DNA of 63,992 nt, counting the filler, from an uncultured Methanosarcinales archaeon (GTDB lineage: Archaea > Nanobdellota > Nanobdellia > Woesearchaeales > JACPBV01): the NCBI GenBank assembly GCA_964492935.1. It is 3 parts of 3 records of this genome, joined end to end, with 100 filler letters (N's around TTAATTAATTAA, not from the genome) between each part and the next. Parts side by side here need not be neighbours in the genome. Positions count along the whole stretch, not along the records: positions 1 to 22,430 come from CAZBLF010000018.1; 2 more parts are not named here. One strand, given 5' to 3'. Below are positions 1 through 9,440 of this stretch, piece by piece. The position numbers were made by a program, and so were the translations under genes. How positions within the stretch are numbered: position 1 is the stretch's first letter; each line of letters opens with the position of its first letter. Below the pieces are notes generated by a model. That model had not been told where the DNA came from and did not search any database. It saw only the letters and a list, made by a program, of their open reading frames with translations.

Positions 1-198
1 GGGCGATTTGTTATTGTGGATGGGAAGCCGTTTTAGTTTAAACTTTTGAATATGGTGATGCCGTTGTTGCGTTCGTCAGCATCGTGGGATGCTTCGAAGG
101 ATGTTCTTGGAGATGTGAAGAAAAAATATGGCGATCAAGTAGTTTATGAGAACACGTATGCGTTAGGTTCTGATTTTATGTTGGTATTAAAGAAATAA
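1..198 (+). pseudogene. C-terminal fragment of a probable class I SAM methyltransferase with an in-frame TAG
   Basis: Frame 1 reads GRFVIVDGKPF*FKLLNMVMPLLRSSASWDASKDVL...LVLKK*. GRFVIVD resembles the post-KPGG strand of class I methyltransferases. TAG at 34-36; truncated by the window edge. Confidence 0.4.
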
Positions 199-199
199 T

Positions 200-457
200 T
201 TACTGAATTTCTACTGGGGTGCCGATTGCTTGTCCAGGCATACCGCGTTCAAATAATACTCTGATTGCGCCTTTAGTGCCGTGAGCGGATCTGACTTTGC
301 CTTTGATTTCATTTCCTGCAGGGGTTTTCCAGACTACGGTTTTTTCTACTAATTTTGTAGCTTCTTCCTTGCCGTTCAACTCTTCCGGATAGATGATCAT
401 CTGGTTCATTGTTACGGTGCGTCTGCCACGCTTGAAATTCTTAATAACTCCTTTCAT
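200..457 (-). CDS. rpl35ae: 50S ribosomal protein L35Ae (eL33)
   Basis: 85 aa basic protein with GKVRSAHGTKGAIRVLFERGMPGQAIG motif. Confidence 0.93.
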   Translation of the reverse strand: MKGVIKNFKRGRRTVTMNQMIIYPEELNGKEEATKLVEKTVVWKTPAGNEIKGKVRSAHGTKGAIRVLFERGMPGQAIGTPVEIQ

Positions 458-501
458 GAGAGTATGGATTCAAGTTCCCTTTAAAAATGTTGCTACTTGA
501 T

Positions 502-1710
502 TTAGAGTAGAAAAAAGAGGATTACTGGTAACAGTAAGCATCCCATAGCCATTGATCTTTTTACTTGTAATAACGGAGGTAGGATTCCGATGGCGGTTGC
601 GGTTACTAAGATGAGTAATCCGATTGCTCCTGAAAAATAGATTGCCATTGCGGTGATGAGGATGATGATTGTTATGCAGAGCATCTGATAGTTTACTTTT
701 GCTATTGCTTTTGATGCGATCTTGGCTAACTTTAAGGTAAGCATTGCTGCGATACAGCCGGTGATGATTGCTGATAGAGTGAATAAAAGAAATTGTTGGA
801 AGGTGATGCTCTCCAGCAGTTGAAGTACTGCTACGATTGCACCGTTTCTTGCTTTTTCTAAGGTGAATAGTGTTACAAGAGAGAATGTGAAGTTGACGGT
901 GTTGATTCCGCCGATTAGTACCATAAAACCGTTTACTGATAAATTTCTTGCAACTTGCATTGCAATGATTGCGGCTTGGGCTGAACCTAGACCGGGCATC
1001 ATTCCGGTAAGGCTGCCGGAACCGACTGCGGCTATGATTGCTTTTGTAGTATCGGATTTCTTTAGGACGATGGATTCGGTGATGTATTGTTTAGGGATCG
1101 TTGTTTTTTCGTTGAGTGATACTAATAAGGTGCTGACTCCGAATAATCCGGAGAGCATAGGAAAAAGAGGTTGGTTGAGGTTGGGATAGGAGAGTACAAA
1201 AATTCCTAGGACTCCTGAGATTGCGAAGACGAAGGTTGCCCAGACTTTTGCGTTTAAAGATGATTCGTTGAGAATCATGAAGATGACTACGGCTGCGAGA
1301 ATATGGCCGATGTAAGGGTTTATTATTTCGAAAAGTTTGGGTACGACAGGTATCATGATCGGTATGATGGCTGCAGTTGCTAATAACGCTAGAAAGCTGC
1401 CGATGACGGTTAGTTTAACGGCTTCATAGCCTTTGCCTTCAAGTAGCATTCTGTGACCAGGTAATACGCCGAGTGCCATATCGGGATCAGGTGCTCCAAG
1501 GAAAATAGATGGGATGGAATCTACGAATGTATGGGTTACCGCCATGGCGATGATGAAGACGGCCAGGGTTGTAGGTGTTGTTACTTGGAGTAGGGTTGCT
1601 GAAAGGCTGATGAGCATGACGGAAAGGAGATTGACGTGGATTCCCGGTATCAAACCTGTTATGGTGCCGGCTAGAATCCCGATTCCTATGGCCAGCAGAT
1701 ATTCAATCAT
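502..1710 (-). CDS. TctA/DUF112-family integral membrane protein
   Basis: GLIPGIHVN and PSIFLGAPD...VLPGHRMLLEGKG motifs; about 12 hydrophobic segments. Confidence 0.85.
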   Translation of the reverse strand: MIEYLLAIGIGILAGTITGLIPGIHVNLLSVMLISLSATLLQVTTPTTLAVFIIAMAVTHTFVDSIPSIFLGAPDPDMALGVLPGHRMLLEGKGYEAVKLTVIGSFLALLATAAIIPIMIPVVPKLFEIINPYIGHILAAVVIFMILNESSLNAKVWATFVFAISGVLGIFVLSYPNLNQPLFPMLSGLFGVSTLLVSLNEKTTIPKQYITESIVLKKSDTTKAIIAAVGSGSLTGMMPGLGSAQAAIIAMQVARNLSVNGFMVLIGGINTVNFTFSLVTLFTLEKARNGAIVAVLQLLESITFQQFLLFTLSAIITGCIAAMLTLKLAKIASKAIAKVNYQMLCITIIILITAMAIYFSGAIGLLILVTATAIGILPPLLQVKRSMAMGCLLLPVILFFLL

Positions 1711-2060
1711 TGTAGAACTCGAATTCTGTTTGCTATGACTTGCTCCTTGTCTTGATATTCTGAGACCTCGCCGATAATTTCTACGGTGTCTCCTTCCTTG
1801 ATATCGAGATCTTGATTGTTGTTCTTGAATCTGATAACGGAAAGATATTCTTGTTGGGAAATGGTGAAAGTGGTTAGTTTATCTAGCTCTTGCACATTCG
1901 AGATGCGGCCCATGAGTTTAATGTCGTTTCCTACACCTTCTCCCTCAATTTGAGCTAGATTGATCTCTTCGAATTCGGTGGTGAGTGAGAGTCCAATAAG
2001 TGCAATTATTCCGACTAGGGCTACGATGAGTGCTACCTTGAGAATGGTTTTTTCTTTCAT
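1707..2060 (-). CDS. membrane-anchored OB-fold protein
   Basis: N-terminal TM helix; C-terminal [19 protein letters not shown]-fold pattern. Confidence 0.7.
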   Translation of the reverse strand: MKEKTILKVALIVALVGIIALIGLSLTTEFEEINLAQIEGEGVGNDIKLMGRISNVQELDKLTTFTISQQEYLSVIRFKNNNQDLDIKEGDTVEIIGEVSEYQDKEQVIANRIRVLQ

Positions 2061-2116
2061 TTACCGTTTATAAATCCAAGCAAAGCTTTAAAAGTGAAAT
2101 AGGCATTTCCGATGGT

Positions 2117-3985
2117 ATGGCGAAGCTTCAATTTAAATCTACTGCCGAGATTAAGATATCTGGTAAGCTGATTGACCAGGTTATTGGGCAGGAGGATGCT
2201 GCTGAAGTTATTGCGAAGGCTGCTGAACAGCGGCGTCACGTGTTGCTTATTGGGAGTCCGGGTACGGGTAAAAGTATGCTGGGCAAGGCGCTTGCTGAAT
2301 TGTTGCCGAAAGAAAAATTATTGGATACGGTTTCTTTTCCCAACCCTAACGATGAAAATGCTCCGCTTATTAGAACGGTTCCTGCGGGTCAGGGTCGTGA
2401 AATAGTTGCTCGAGCCAAGATTCAGAGTATGGGGATGTTTAAGAATCCACAGATTATTATTATGTTAGTTTTGGGTTTCTTGTCAACGTTTGTCGTGCCG
2501 TTTTGGGTGCGTAACCGATACCAATCAGATATTATGTTTGCTGCCTTCTTTTTAGGTGGCATGTTAATCCTTGCTATGGTCGCATTTTCGATGAGCGTTG
2601 GAAGACGAATGGCACCTCAGCAGTCACCGATTCCTCGATTAATTGTTGATAATTTTGGTAGGAAGCAGGCTCAATTTAATGATGCCACAGGAACGCACGC
2701 TGGTGCGTTGCTTGGTGATGTATTACACGATCCTTTTCAGTCTGGGGGGTTAGGTACGCCGGCCCACGATAGGGTTGTGGCAGGTATGATTCATAAGTCG
2801 CATTTGGGTGTGTTGTTTATCGATGAGATTGCGACACTACAGCAGCACACGCAGCAGGAATTGCTATCGGCGTTACAGGAAAGAAAATTTGCGATTACAG
2901 GGCAATCTGAACGATCGGCTGGAGCTATGGTTCGAACGGAGGCTGTGCCGTGTGACTTTGTCTTGATTGCTGCCGGTAATTTGGATACGGTCAAACATAT
3001 GCATCCTGCCTTGCGGAGTCGTATTCGTGGATTTGGGTACGAGGTGTACATGAATGATACGATGAAGGATACTGAAGATAATAGAAATAAATTTGCTTCC
3101 TTTGTTGCGCAGGAGGTCAAGCTTGATGGCAAGATTCCTCACTTTTCGAGAGCTGCGGTTGAGGAGATTACTGAGGAAGGGCGAAGGCGTGCAAATAGAA
3201 AAGGGCATTTAACCTTACGCTTGCGAGACTTAGGTGGATTGATTCGTGCGTCTGGAGATATTGCTTTAGCTGCAAAGGCCAAGTTAGTTGAGAAGGAACA
3301 TATTGAAAAGGCTAAGAAAATTGCCCGACCACTAGAGAAGCAGCTTGCTGACAAATATATTGATAGGAAAAAGGAATATGAAGTTATTGTTACTCAAGGT
3401 GAAAAGGTTGGTCGTGTAAATGGATTAGCCGTTATTGGTGGAGAGGATAGTTTCTCTGGAATTATTCTTCCTATTGAAAGTCAGGTGACTCCGGGTGGCG
3501 AGGGAAAAGATATTGTTGCTACTGGTAAACTGGGCGAGATTGCGAAAGAGGCAGTCAAGAATGTTTCGGCACTTGTTAAGAAGTACTTTGGTGAAGATTT
3601 AAAGAAAAAATATGATGTGTATGTTCAATTTTTGCAGACGTATGAGGGTGTTGAAGGTGATTCGGCTTCTGTAGCTGTAGCAACTTCTGTGATTAGTGCT
3701 TTCAAGAATATTCCTATTAAGCAGAACTTAGCTATGACGGGAAGTTTATCGGTTCGTGGTGAGGTGTTGCCGGTGGGCGGTGTAAATAGTAAAGTAGAAG
3801 CTGCTATTGAAGCTGGCATTAAGACCGTTATTGTTCCTGCATCCAATGTTAAGGATATTATTATTGATGCGAATAAGTTGAAGAAGATTAAGATTGTTGC
3901 GGCTTCTCAGATTAAAGACGTTTTGAAGGAAGCTCTTGTTTGGAAAGGCAAGGAAAGTGTTCTTAAGAAGATTAATGGTGCTTAG
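2117..3985 (+). CDS. lonB: archaeal membrane-bound ATP-dependent protease LonB
   Basis: Walker A GSPGTGKS, two TM helices inserted in the AAA domain, LFIDEI, EGDSAS catalytic Ser, VNSKVEAA catalytic Lys. Confidence 0.96.
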   Translation: MAKLQFKSTAEIKISGKLIDQVIGQEDAAEVIAKAAEQRRHVLLIGSPGTGKSMLGKALAELLPKEKLLDTVSFPNPNDENAPLIRTVPAGQGREIVARAKIQSMGMFKNPQIIIMLVLGFLSTFVVPFWVRNRYQSDIMFAAFFLGGMLILAMVAFSMSVGRRMAPQQSPIPRLIVDNFGRKQAQFNDATGTHAGALLGDVLHDPFQSGGLGTPAHDRVVAGMIHKSHLGVLFIDEIATLQQHTQQELLSALQERKFAITGQSERSAGAMVRTEAVPCDFVLIAAGNLDTVKHMHPALRSRIRGFGYEVYMNDTMKDTEDNRNKFASFVAQEVKLDGKIPHFSRAAVEEITEEGRRRANRKGHLTLRLRDLGGLIRASGDIALAAKAKLVEKEHIEKAKKIARPLEKQLADKYIDRKKEYEVIVTQGEKVGRVNGLAVIGGEDSFSGIILPIESQVTPGGEGKDIVATGKLGEIAKEAVKNVSALVKKYFGEDLKKKYDVYVQFLQTYEGVEGDSASVAVATSVISAFKNIPIKQNLAMTGSLSVRGEVLPVGGVNSKVEAAIEAGIKTVIVPASNVKDIIIDANKLKKIKIVAASQIKDVLKEALVWKGKESVLKKINGA

Positions 3986-4956
3986 TTCCAGTTTACGTCG
4001 ATATCGTCGGTTCTCTGTCTGGGTTTGATGTCTTGATCGTATTTTTTATTTGCTTGTTTCTTTTGTAAGATTCCTTGCCACGCTATCATTAATCCGTTGT
4101 CGGTTAAGAATTGGTTTTCGGGAACATAGGATTTTGCTTTTCGTTCTTTGCACATGATGCTGCACATTTCTTGCAATCTTTCGTTGCAGGCTACGCCTCC
4201 GCCTAATAGCAATTCCTTCTTTTCGGTGTGTGCCATGGCTCGTTCGGATGCTTCGACAAGCATTGCGAAAACGGTTTCTTGGATTGAGAATGCTAAGTCT
4301 TCTTTTTTGAAGCCTTTTGCTAATTTTTGCTGGATGTTGGTTTGGATTCCGCCGAAACTTACATCCATCCCTTTGATGGCATAGGGTAACTCGATGTAGT
4401 TTTTTGATTTCTTTGCTAGCTCTGCTATTTTTGGTCCGCCGGGAAAGCCGAAGCCCATGTTTCTTGCTACTCGATCTAGAAAGTTTCCGATTCCGTTGTC
4501 TAATGTCTCTCCGAATACTCTGTACTTTTTATTATCGTATGCGATGATCTGGGTGTTGGCGCCGGATGCGTATAACAGAACAGGATCTTTTGCTTTGGTT
4601 AAGAGTTTTCCAATTTCTAGGTGTGCTACGCAGTGGTTGACTCCTACTAACGGTAGTTTAAGTTTTTTTGCTAGTGCTTTTGCATGGTTTTTTCCTACAA
4701 CTAGGCACGGTGCTAGGCCGGGGCCTTGCGAGAAACTGATTAGGTCGAGATCTGTTGGTTCGAGATGAGCATCTTCTAAGGCATTGTGAATTACTTTTTC
4801 TGCAACCTCTTCGTGGTGGTCGCGAGCTAGAGAGGGATGGATGCCTCCTTGGTTTGTGGTGTATGCATCTTTTACGTTTGCTAGAATTTTTCCTTTTTCT
4901 GTAATGATGCCTACTCCGAAGGTATGTGCTGTTGACTCTATTCCTAGACAGATCAT
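3982..4956 (-). CDS. kae1: tRNA N6-threonylcarbamoyltransferase Kae1
   Basis: [33 protein letters not shown] motifs. Confidence 0.95.
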   Translation of the reverse strand: MICLGIESTAHTFGVGIITEKGKILANVKDAYTTNQGGIHPSLARDHHEEVAEKVIHNALEDAHLEPTDLDLISFSQGPGLAPCLVVGKNHAKALAKKLKLPLVGVNHCVAHLEIGKLLTKAKDPVLLYASGANTQIIAYDNKKYRVFGETLDNGIGNFLDRVARNMGFGFPGGPKIAELAKKSKNYIELPYAIKGMDVSFGGIQTNIQQKLAKGFKKEDLAFSIQETVFAMLVEASERAMAHTEKKELLLGGGVACNERLQEMCSIMCKERKAKSYVPENQFLTDNGLMIAWQGILQKKQANKKYDQDIKPRQRTDDIDVNWN

Positions 4957-4997
4957 ACCTAGATTAAATTTGCTTCACTTAAAAAGCTATTGAAGAA

Positions 4998-5951
4998 TTA
5001 AATGGTGGGGGATGCTACACTAGCTTGGGGTTTAGGCATGTAATCCGGATTAGGCATTGCTTTGTATTGTTCTACAGCGCTCGCTAGACCTGTCTTATTC
5101 TTTTCAGCCTCGATTTTACTTGTGATTGATTTATCTGTTTTTACGGCATCGATAAATTGACGGGGCGTGCTGATGCCTTGATCGGCGAGACCGTACTGGC
5201 GAATCATTGCGGTTAGTGCTTCTTGATGGGTCTTTGCAGCATACTTTCTACCGGAGGTTGCGATTTCTTGCATTCCTACTGGTTGTCCATCGATATTCCA
5301 AAGAGGAGTGTTTCCCATATAGATTTTGGAGTCGATGCTCTCACCGGTTTCTAATGTAACATCGTCGATTGAAACTAAGTCGTAATGCGATTCACGGCTG
5401 TTTAATTTGCTGATGTCGCTTTGGTCCACAAATAGGACATATGCTTCCATGGTTGCGCCTTCTGAAGGTAATACTTCTGCGATTGCGTTTCCGTTTTTAG
5501 AGATAAGATTGTATCCAGGTTCTAGTCCCTTAACTCGTGCTTGCACCGCAGCTACTTCTTTTTTTCCTAGAGATTTGGCAATCTGCTGGGGATTTCCTAG
5601 GGAACCATATACAACTAATGCTTGCTTGCCTTCAATGAGATTTTGAATAGAAACTTGCTTTCCATCTTTCATAATGTAAGCTGAGCTAAGATCGCCCTCA
5701 TTTCCGAATTGGATGTTGAGTACTTCGTCTCCATCAGATACGAAGGAGTGTCCTGGGCTGGCATAGGGGTAATTAAAAGGATCTTGCTCATCTGTAGGAG
5801 CATCTACAAGTGATTCTAGCGTGCCTTCAGCATCTGTAGTGTTAGGGGCGTCCTCGGCTTCAGTGGTGGCTAGGGTGCCCTCTAAGGTATCTGCACCCTC
5901 ACTAGATGCGTCATTTTCGCTTGCAGTACTCTCACTAGCTTCTTCTGACAT
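4998..5951 (-). CDS. hypothetical protein with acidic low-complexity N-terminus and possible gamma-glutamylcyclotransferase-like domain
   Basis: 317 aa ORF; VVYGSLGNP and LNSRESHYD resemble the GGCT-fold YGSL and LDxxE motifs. Confidence 0.55.
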   Translation of the reverse strand: MSEEASESTASENDASSEGADTLEGTLATTEAEDAPNTTDAEGTLESLVDAPTDEQDPFNYPYASPGHSFVSDGDEVLNIQFGNEGDLSSAYIMKDGKQVSIQNLIEGKQALVVYGSLGNPQQIAKSLGKKEVAAVQARVKGLEPGYNLISKNGNAIAEVLPSEGATMEAYVLFVDQSDISKLNSRESHYDLVSIDDVTLETGESIDSKIYMGNTPLWNIDGQPVGMQEIATSGRKYAAKTHQEALTAMIRQYGLADQGISTPRQFIDAVKTDKSITSKIEAEKNKTGLASAVEQYKAMPNPDYMPKPQASVASPTI

Positions 5952-6087
5952 AGAGATAACTGGAGATAGCTAGTATATAAATGTTACGATAATTCGTCAC
6001 TTAAGAGTGATGAAAATGTAGGGTAAATGAACCTAGATATAGCTCTCGCTATTTGTCAATTATTTATCATAATTTCTTGCTTTTTAG

Positions 6088-6389
6088 AGCTATCACTAAG
6101 ATAACAAAAAAACAGCGAAAATGACTTCGCCATTTTCTGGATTTTTGACTGTAGATCTATAGACCTATCAGTAGTACAGTAAAAAAATAAAAGAAAAAAA
6201 AGACCATGCACAAAGGAAAAGTTACGAACGTTTGGTGAGTGCAGGCTGAATACCTCGTTACCTTGGTACTTACACCTCACTTCCGTTTACAACCTTCGGT
6301 TGTTAACGCGATCGGAAATCTTTGATTTCCGACACATCAAACCCATCTTCACTGGGAGTTCACTGAAGTCTCTTTTCAAGGACGGCTTC
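6088..6389 (-). repeat. degenerate duplicate of the 23S rRNA 3' end and trailer (copy of 6921-7096) with two hairpin insertions
   Basis: Near-identical blocks, e.g. AGACCATGCACAAAGGAAAAGTTACG...CACTTCC and ATCAAACCCATCTTC...GACGGCTTC; insertions at about 6113-6180 and 6285-6335. Confidence 0.93.
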
Positions 6390-6399
6390 TGAGGGCATG

Positions 6400-6795
6400 C
6401 TACTTCAAGAATTTGTGCTCGATGTTGTATTCTTGCGCTATATGGCCTTCGAGTTTAAGAATTAGTCCATGAGCGGAAGCTATTTCCTTTTTAGCTTCAT
6501 CAAGATTGGAGTTGCCCCTTTCGATCCATCCGTCTGGCTTCTTTTGTGCAAAATCGTACGCATTTTTTAGTTTTTTGTGGGCATTCTTCAAATGGTTATC
6601 GTACTCAGCTAAACATTTCTGGAAATCTACAGACTTACAAAACTCTTTGGTTACTGCGCTTCGGTGCTTTATTATTGCTTTGATAGCGTCGTACAAAGTG
6701 CTTGGTTCGATAAACTGGATCCCACCGGGTTCATTTGCGACTAGACCTTGGTTGATATTGGATAAAGTTTTGTGGAAAATACTCATGTGCATCAC
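6400..6795 (-). CDS. hypothetical helical protein between the two 23S 3'-end copies
   Basis: 131 aa ORF with a (TA)n TATA-like tract at about 6831-6845 upstream. Confidence 0.6.
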   Translation of the reverse strand: MMHMSIFHKTLSNINQGLVANEPGGIQFIEPSTLYDAIKAIIKHRSAVTKEFCKSVDFQKCLAEYDNHLKNAHKKLKNAYDFAQKKPDGWIERGNSNLDEAKKEIASAHGLILKLEGHIAQEYNIEHKFLK

Positions 6796-7379
6796 CTGTA
6801 GAGTTTATTCATTATACGGTCCAGTACTCCTATATATATATATATCGAAAATGCGATAGTTATTTTGGAGAAAGCTCTCGCTACCTTCTTTTAATTTTCA
6901 TTAGAATTTTCTTTCTTTACAGCTATCACTAAGATAACAAAAAGAAAAAAGAAAAAAAAGACCATGCACAAAGGAAAAGTTACGAACGTTTGGTGAGTGC
7001 AGGCTGAATACCTCGTTACCTTGGTACTTACACCTCACTTCCATCAAACCCATCTTCTATGGGAGTTCTATGAAGTCTCTTTTCAAGGACGGCTTCGTGC
7101 TTAGATGCTTTCAGCACTTATCCGTATAGAGCGTAGCTGCCCGGCCTGCCCTTTTGGACAACCGGTCGACCATTGGCTCCGAGTCCTCGTTCCTCTCGTA
7201 CTAGAGGACCCTTCCCTTCAGACTTCGCACATCTCCAGTAGATATTAAACCAACTGCCTCACAGCGTTGTGAACCCAGCTCACGATCCCTTTTAATTGGT
7301 GAACACCCACACCCTTGGGCGCTTCTGCACGCCCAGGATAGGAAGAGCCGACATCGATGTAGCAAGCCTCGCCGTCGAT

Positions 7380-7459
7380 TTACTCTAGCATTAGCTAGCG
7401 CTACTTCTGGAATATTAGTGAAGACACCATAACCAAAAAGTAGCTACGCCAAAAGCTCA
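7380..7459 (-). other. 80-nt BHB-type intron in 23S rRNA at about E. coli 2477/2478 (helix 89 loop)
   Basis: Removal restores GAGCTCAT/ATCGACGGC. The junction folds as a GCTC:GAGT 4-bp helix with AT|T and AA|A bulges. Confidence 0.85.
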
Positions 7460-7486
7460 ATGAGCTCTCAGGCGAGACAACTCTGT

Positions 7487-8080
7487 CTAGGATTCTAAAA
7501 GTATATTCAAAAGTTGGTTCTTAGGAGTGTGATTAAAGTTGATTTGTTCTTTGAAAAGGATAAGGTTTTGCTTGCCATAGATTGGCAACATTACCACTTG
7601 GTTCCTTTTGTCAAGATATTCCTTTCCGAGCGTTATTCTCATTTCTGCTAATAACTTCTTGAGGAGTTCAATCAACGCACGCTTCCTAGAGTATATCCTT
7701 ATACTTCGTCTTTCTTTATGAACACTTCCCTCAGCATCGTAGATGCCTTGGAGAAAACCAATCTTGAACGGATCGGATTTTTCTATTATCTTTGAGTAAT
7801 CCTTTCTGATCTTTTGCAGATCTTCGAGAATTGCCTTTGAGTAACAAGATAATCTAAAGTAGCCGCTTTTTTTCTGGTCAATTTTGCAATTCTTGTTGTA
7901 AGCAACAATCAATGCTTTCTTGATCGCGAGCAACCACTCTTTGTTATTCTGCTCAATCTCAATGATATAAGCGTTCTTTTTCGGACTTGTGTATAAGGTT
8001 CCGTCTTCACTTGCACCACAAATGAAACCTTTTGCTCTTTCAATCGACTCTCGTTGATTGATTGCAGTTATAGGTTCCAT
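7487..8080 (-). CDS. two-motif LAGLIDADG homing endonuclease (intron-encoded)
   Basis: AKGFICGASEDG and IGFLQGIYDAEG motifs; lies wholly inside the 23S intron. Confidence 0.88.
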   Translation of the reverse strand: MEPITAINQRESIERAKGFICGASEDGTLYTSPKKNAYIIEIEQNNKEWLLAIKKALIVAYNKNCKIDQKKSGYFRLSCYSKAILEDLQKIRKDYSKIIEKSDPFKIGFLQGIYDAEGSVHKERRSIRIYSRKRALIELLKKLLAEMRITLGKEYLDKRNQVVMLPIYGKQNLILFKEQINFNHTPKNQLLNILLES

Positions 8081-8164
8081 TTTTGATTTACTAAGTGAAG
8101 ATGCTTTATCTAATTTCCTTTTTGCAAAGGGGAATTGAATAAAGCAGTGAATACCTCTTAGACT
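7487..8164 (-). mobile_element. 678-nt BHB-type intron in 23S rRNA between A2450 and A2451, carrying a homing endonuclease gene
   Basis: Removal restores GGGGATA/ACAGAG. GGGA:TCCT helix with TA|A and AG|A bulges, then a TCTAAGAG:CTTTTAGA terminal stem. Confidence 0.88.
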
Positions 8165-8674
8165 TATCCCCGGAGTAACTTTTTGGTCATCTCAAACTCC
8201 CATTAAGAGAGTATTGAGGTTCGCTAGGCCTGCGTTTCCGCTCTGGATACTATCTTATTAAGAATCCAGTCAGGCTGGCTTTTACCCTTGTATTCTACAC
8301 GAGATTCCTGTCCTCGTTGAGCCAACCATTGGACCCTGTCGATATTGTTTCGACAGGGTGCCACCCCAGCCAAACTGTCCAGCTACCGATGTCCCTCTTG
8401 CGAGGTAAGCAGTGTCAATTATGAAGAGTGGTGTTACACATTTTGTCTAACTTCAATCCGGAAACCGAAGTATAACGACTCCCACCTACACTATGCAACA
8501 CAATTAACACTACAACGATAACCTACAGTAAAGTTTCACGGGGTCTTCACGTCCCACTGGAGATCTATGGCCTTCACACCATAATAGAGAGTTCGGAGAG
8601 ACATAACTGGGGACAATGGGGATCTCGTTGCGCCATTCATGCAGGCCGTCAATTAAACGGCAAGGCATTTCGCT

Positions 8675-9440
8675 CACAACTGTTACTTCCTCTTTCGAGT
8701 ACTGACCTTCATTTGAAGGCGAGCATACATTTCTGTATGCTTCCTATAGTCGCCTATAGGATCGGACTATATCTTGCAACACTGCGTTGCTCTGGCGTAT
8801 AGTCTCTGAGGATTCTAGATTACTCTTTGGACTTTCCGATTCATTGTTGACGCCAAATCGGCAATTTCATGCAACCCTTCATTGTCCAGATGTTTGTTGT
8901 GCTCCATCAATTTCAAGATCTTGGAAAACACTTCAAAGCTGTGTTGCTTTGACGTTTGTAATGGGTTTTTGTCGAAAAATTCAACCAATTTGGTGAGATT
9001 TTCCATCCCTCTTACTCTGTATTCCTTTCGATCTCCGTGATTTATGACAATATTGCCAAAACCGAAATACTCTTTCAGTTTTTCTAATACTGCTTCATCA
9101 CGTTGATGTTGCACGACTCTGAACTCGGGTAGCACTTGCCAACCAAGTGTCATTTTCTGTAGCTTGTTAAGTGCTACATGAAAACAACCTTCGCCGTCAA
9201 CGAATCCGACAATCCATTTCGCATCTAGTCTTTCCTGCTGATTGTCTGCACCTCTCACATTGTCACCATCCGTCATTACACATTTTTTGTTTTCCATGTT
9301 TTTTAACATTTACGAAAACAAAAAATGAGCATTAGGATGGTAGTGGAGGATTCTCAGATTTTCCAGCATATAGCCAGATTTTTATCCCACTTTTCTTGGC
9401 TATACTGTTTAGCGCGGGACTTAAGGCAACGAATGTGCTT
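8675..9440 (-). mobile_element. group I intron at 23S position L1931
   Basis: 5' exon ends in U (CTTAAGGT) and the intron ends in G (GTTGTG|AGCGAAA). Core elements on the minus strand: P TATATGCTGGAAA, Q AATCAGCAGG, R TCAGAGACTA, S AAGATATAGTCC. Confidence 0.93.
8815..9309 (-). CDS. single-motif LAGLIDADG homing endonuclease in the group I intron (true start may be downstream)
   Basis: WIVGFVDGEGCF, PEFRVVQH, FFDKNPLQTSK: I-CreI-like pattern. Confidence 0.92.
   Translation of the reverse strand: MLKNMENKKCVMTDGDNVRGADNQQERLDAKWIVGFVDGEGCFHVALNKLQKMTLGWQVLPEFRVVQHQRDEAVLEKLKEYFGFGNIVINHGDRKEYRVRGMENLTKLVEFFDKNPLQTSKQHSFEVFSKILKLMEHNKHLDNEGLHEIADLASTMNRKVQRVI

Noticed and set aside
2117..3985. 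Intein in LonB, a common host
   Set aside because: Length (622 aa) and motif spacing are normal, with no intein splice motifs
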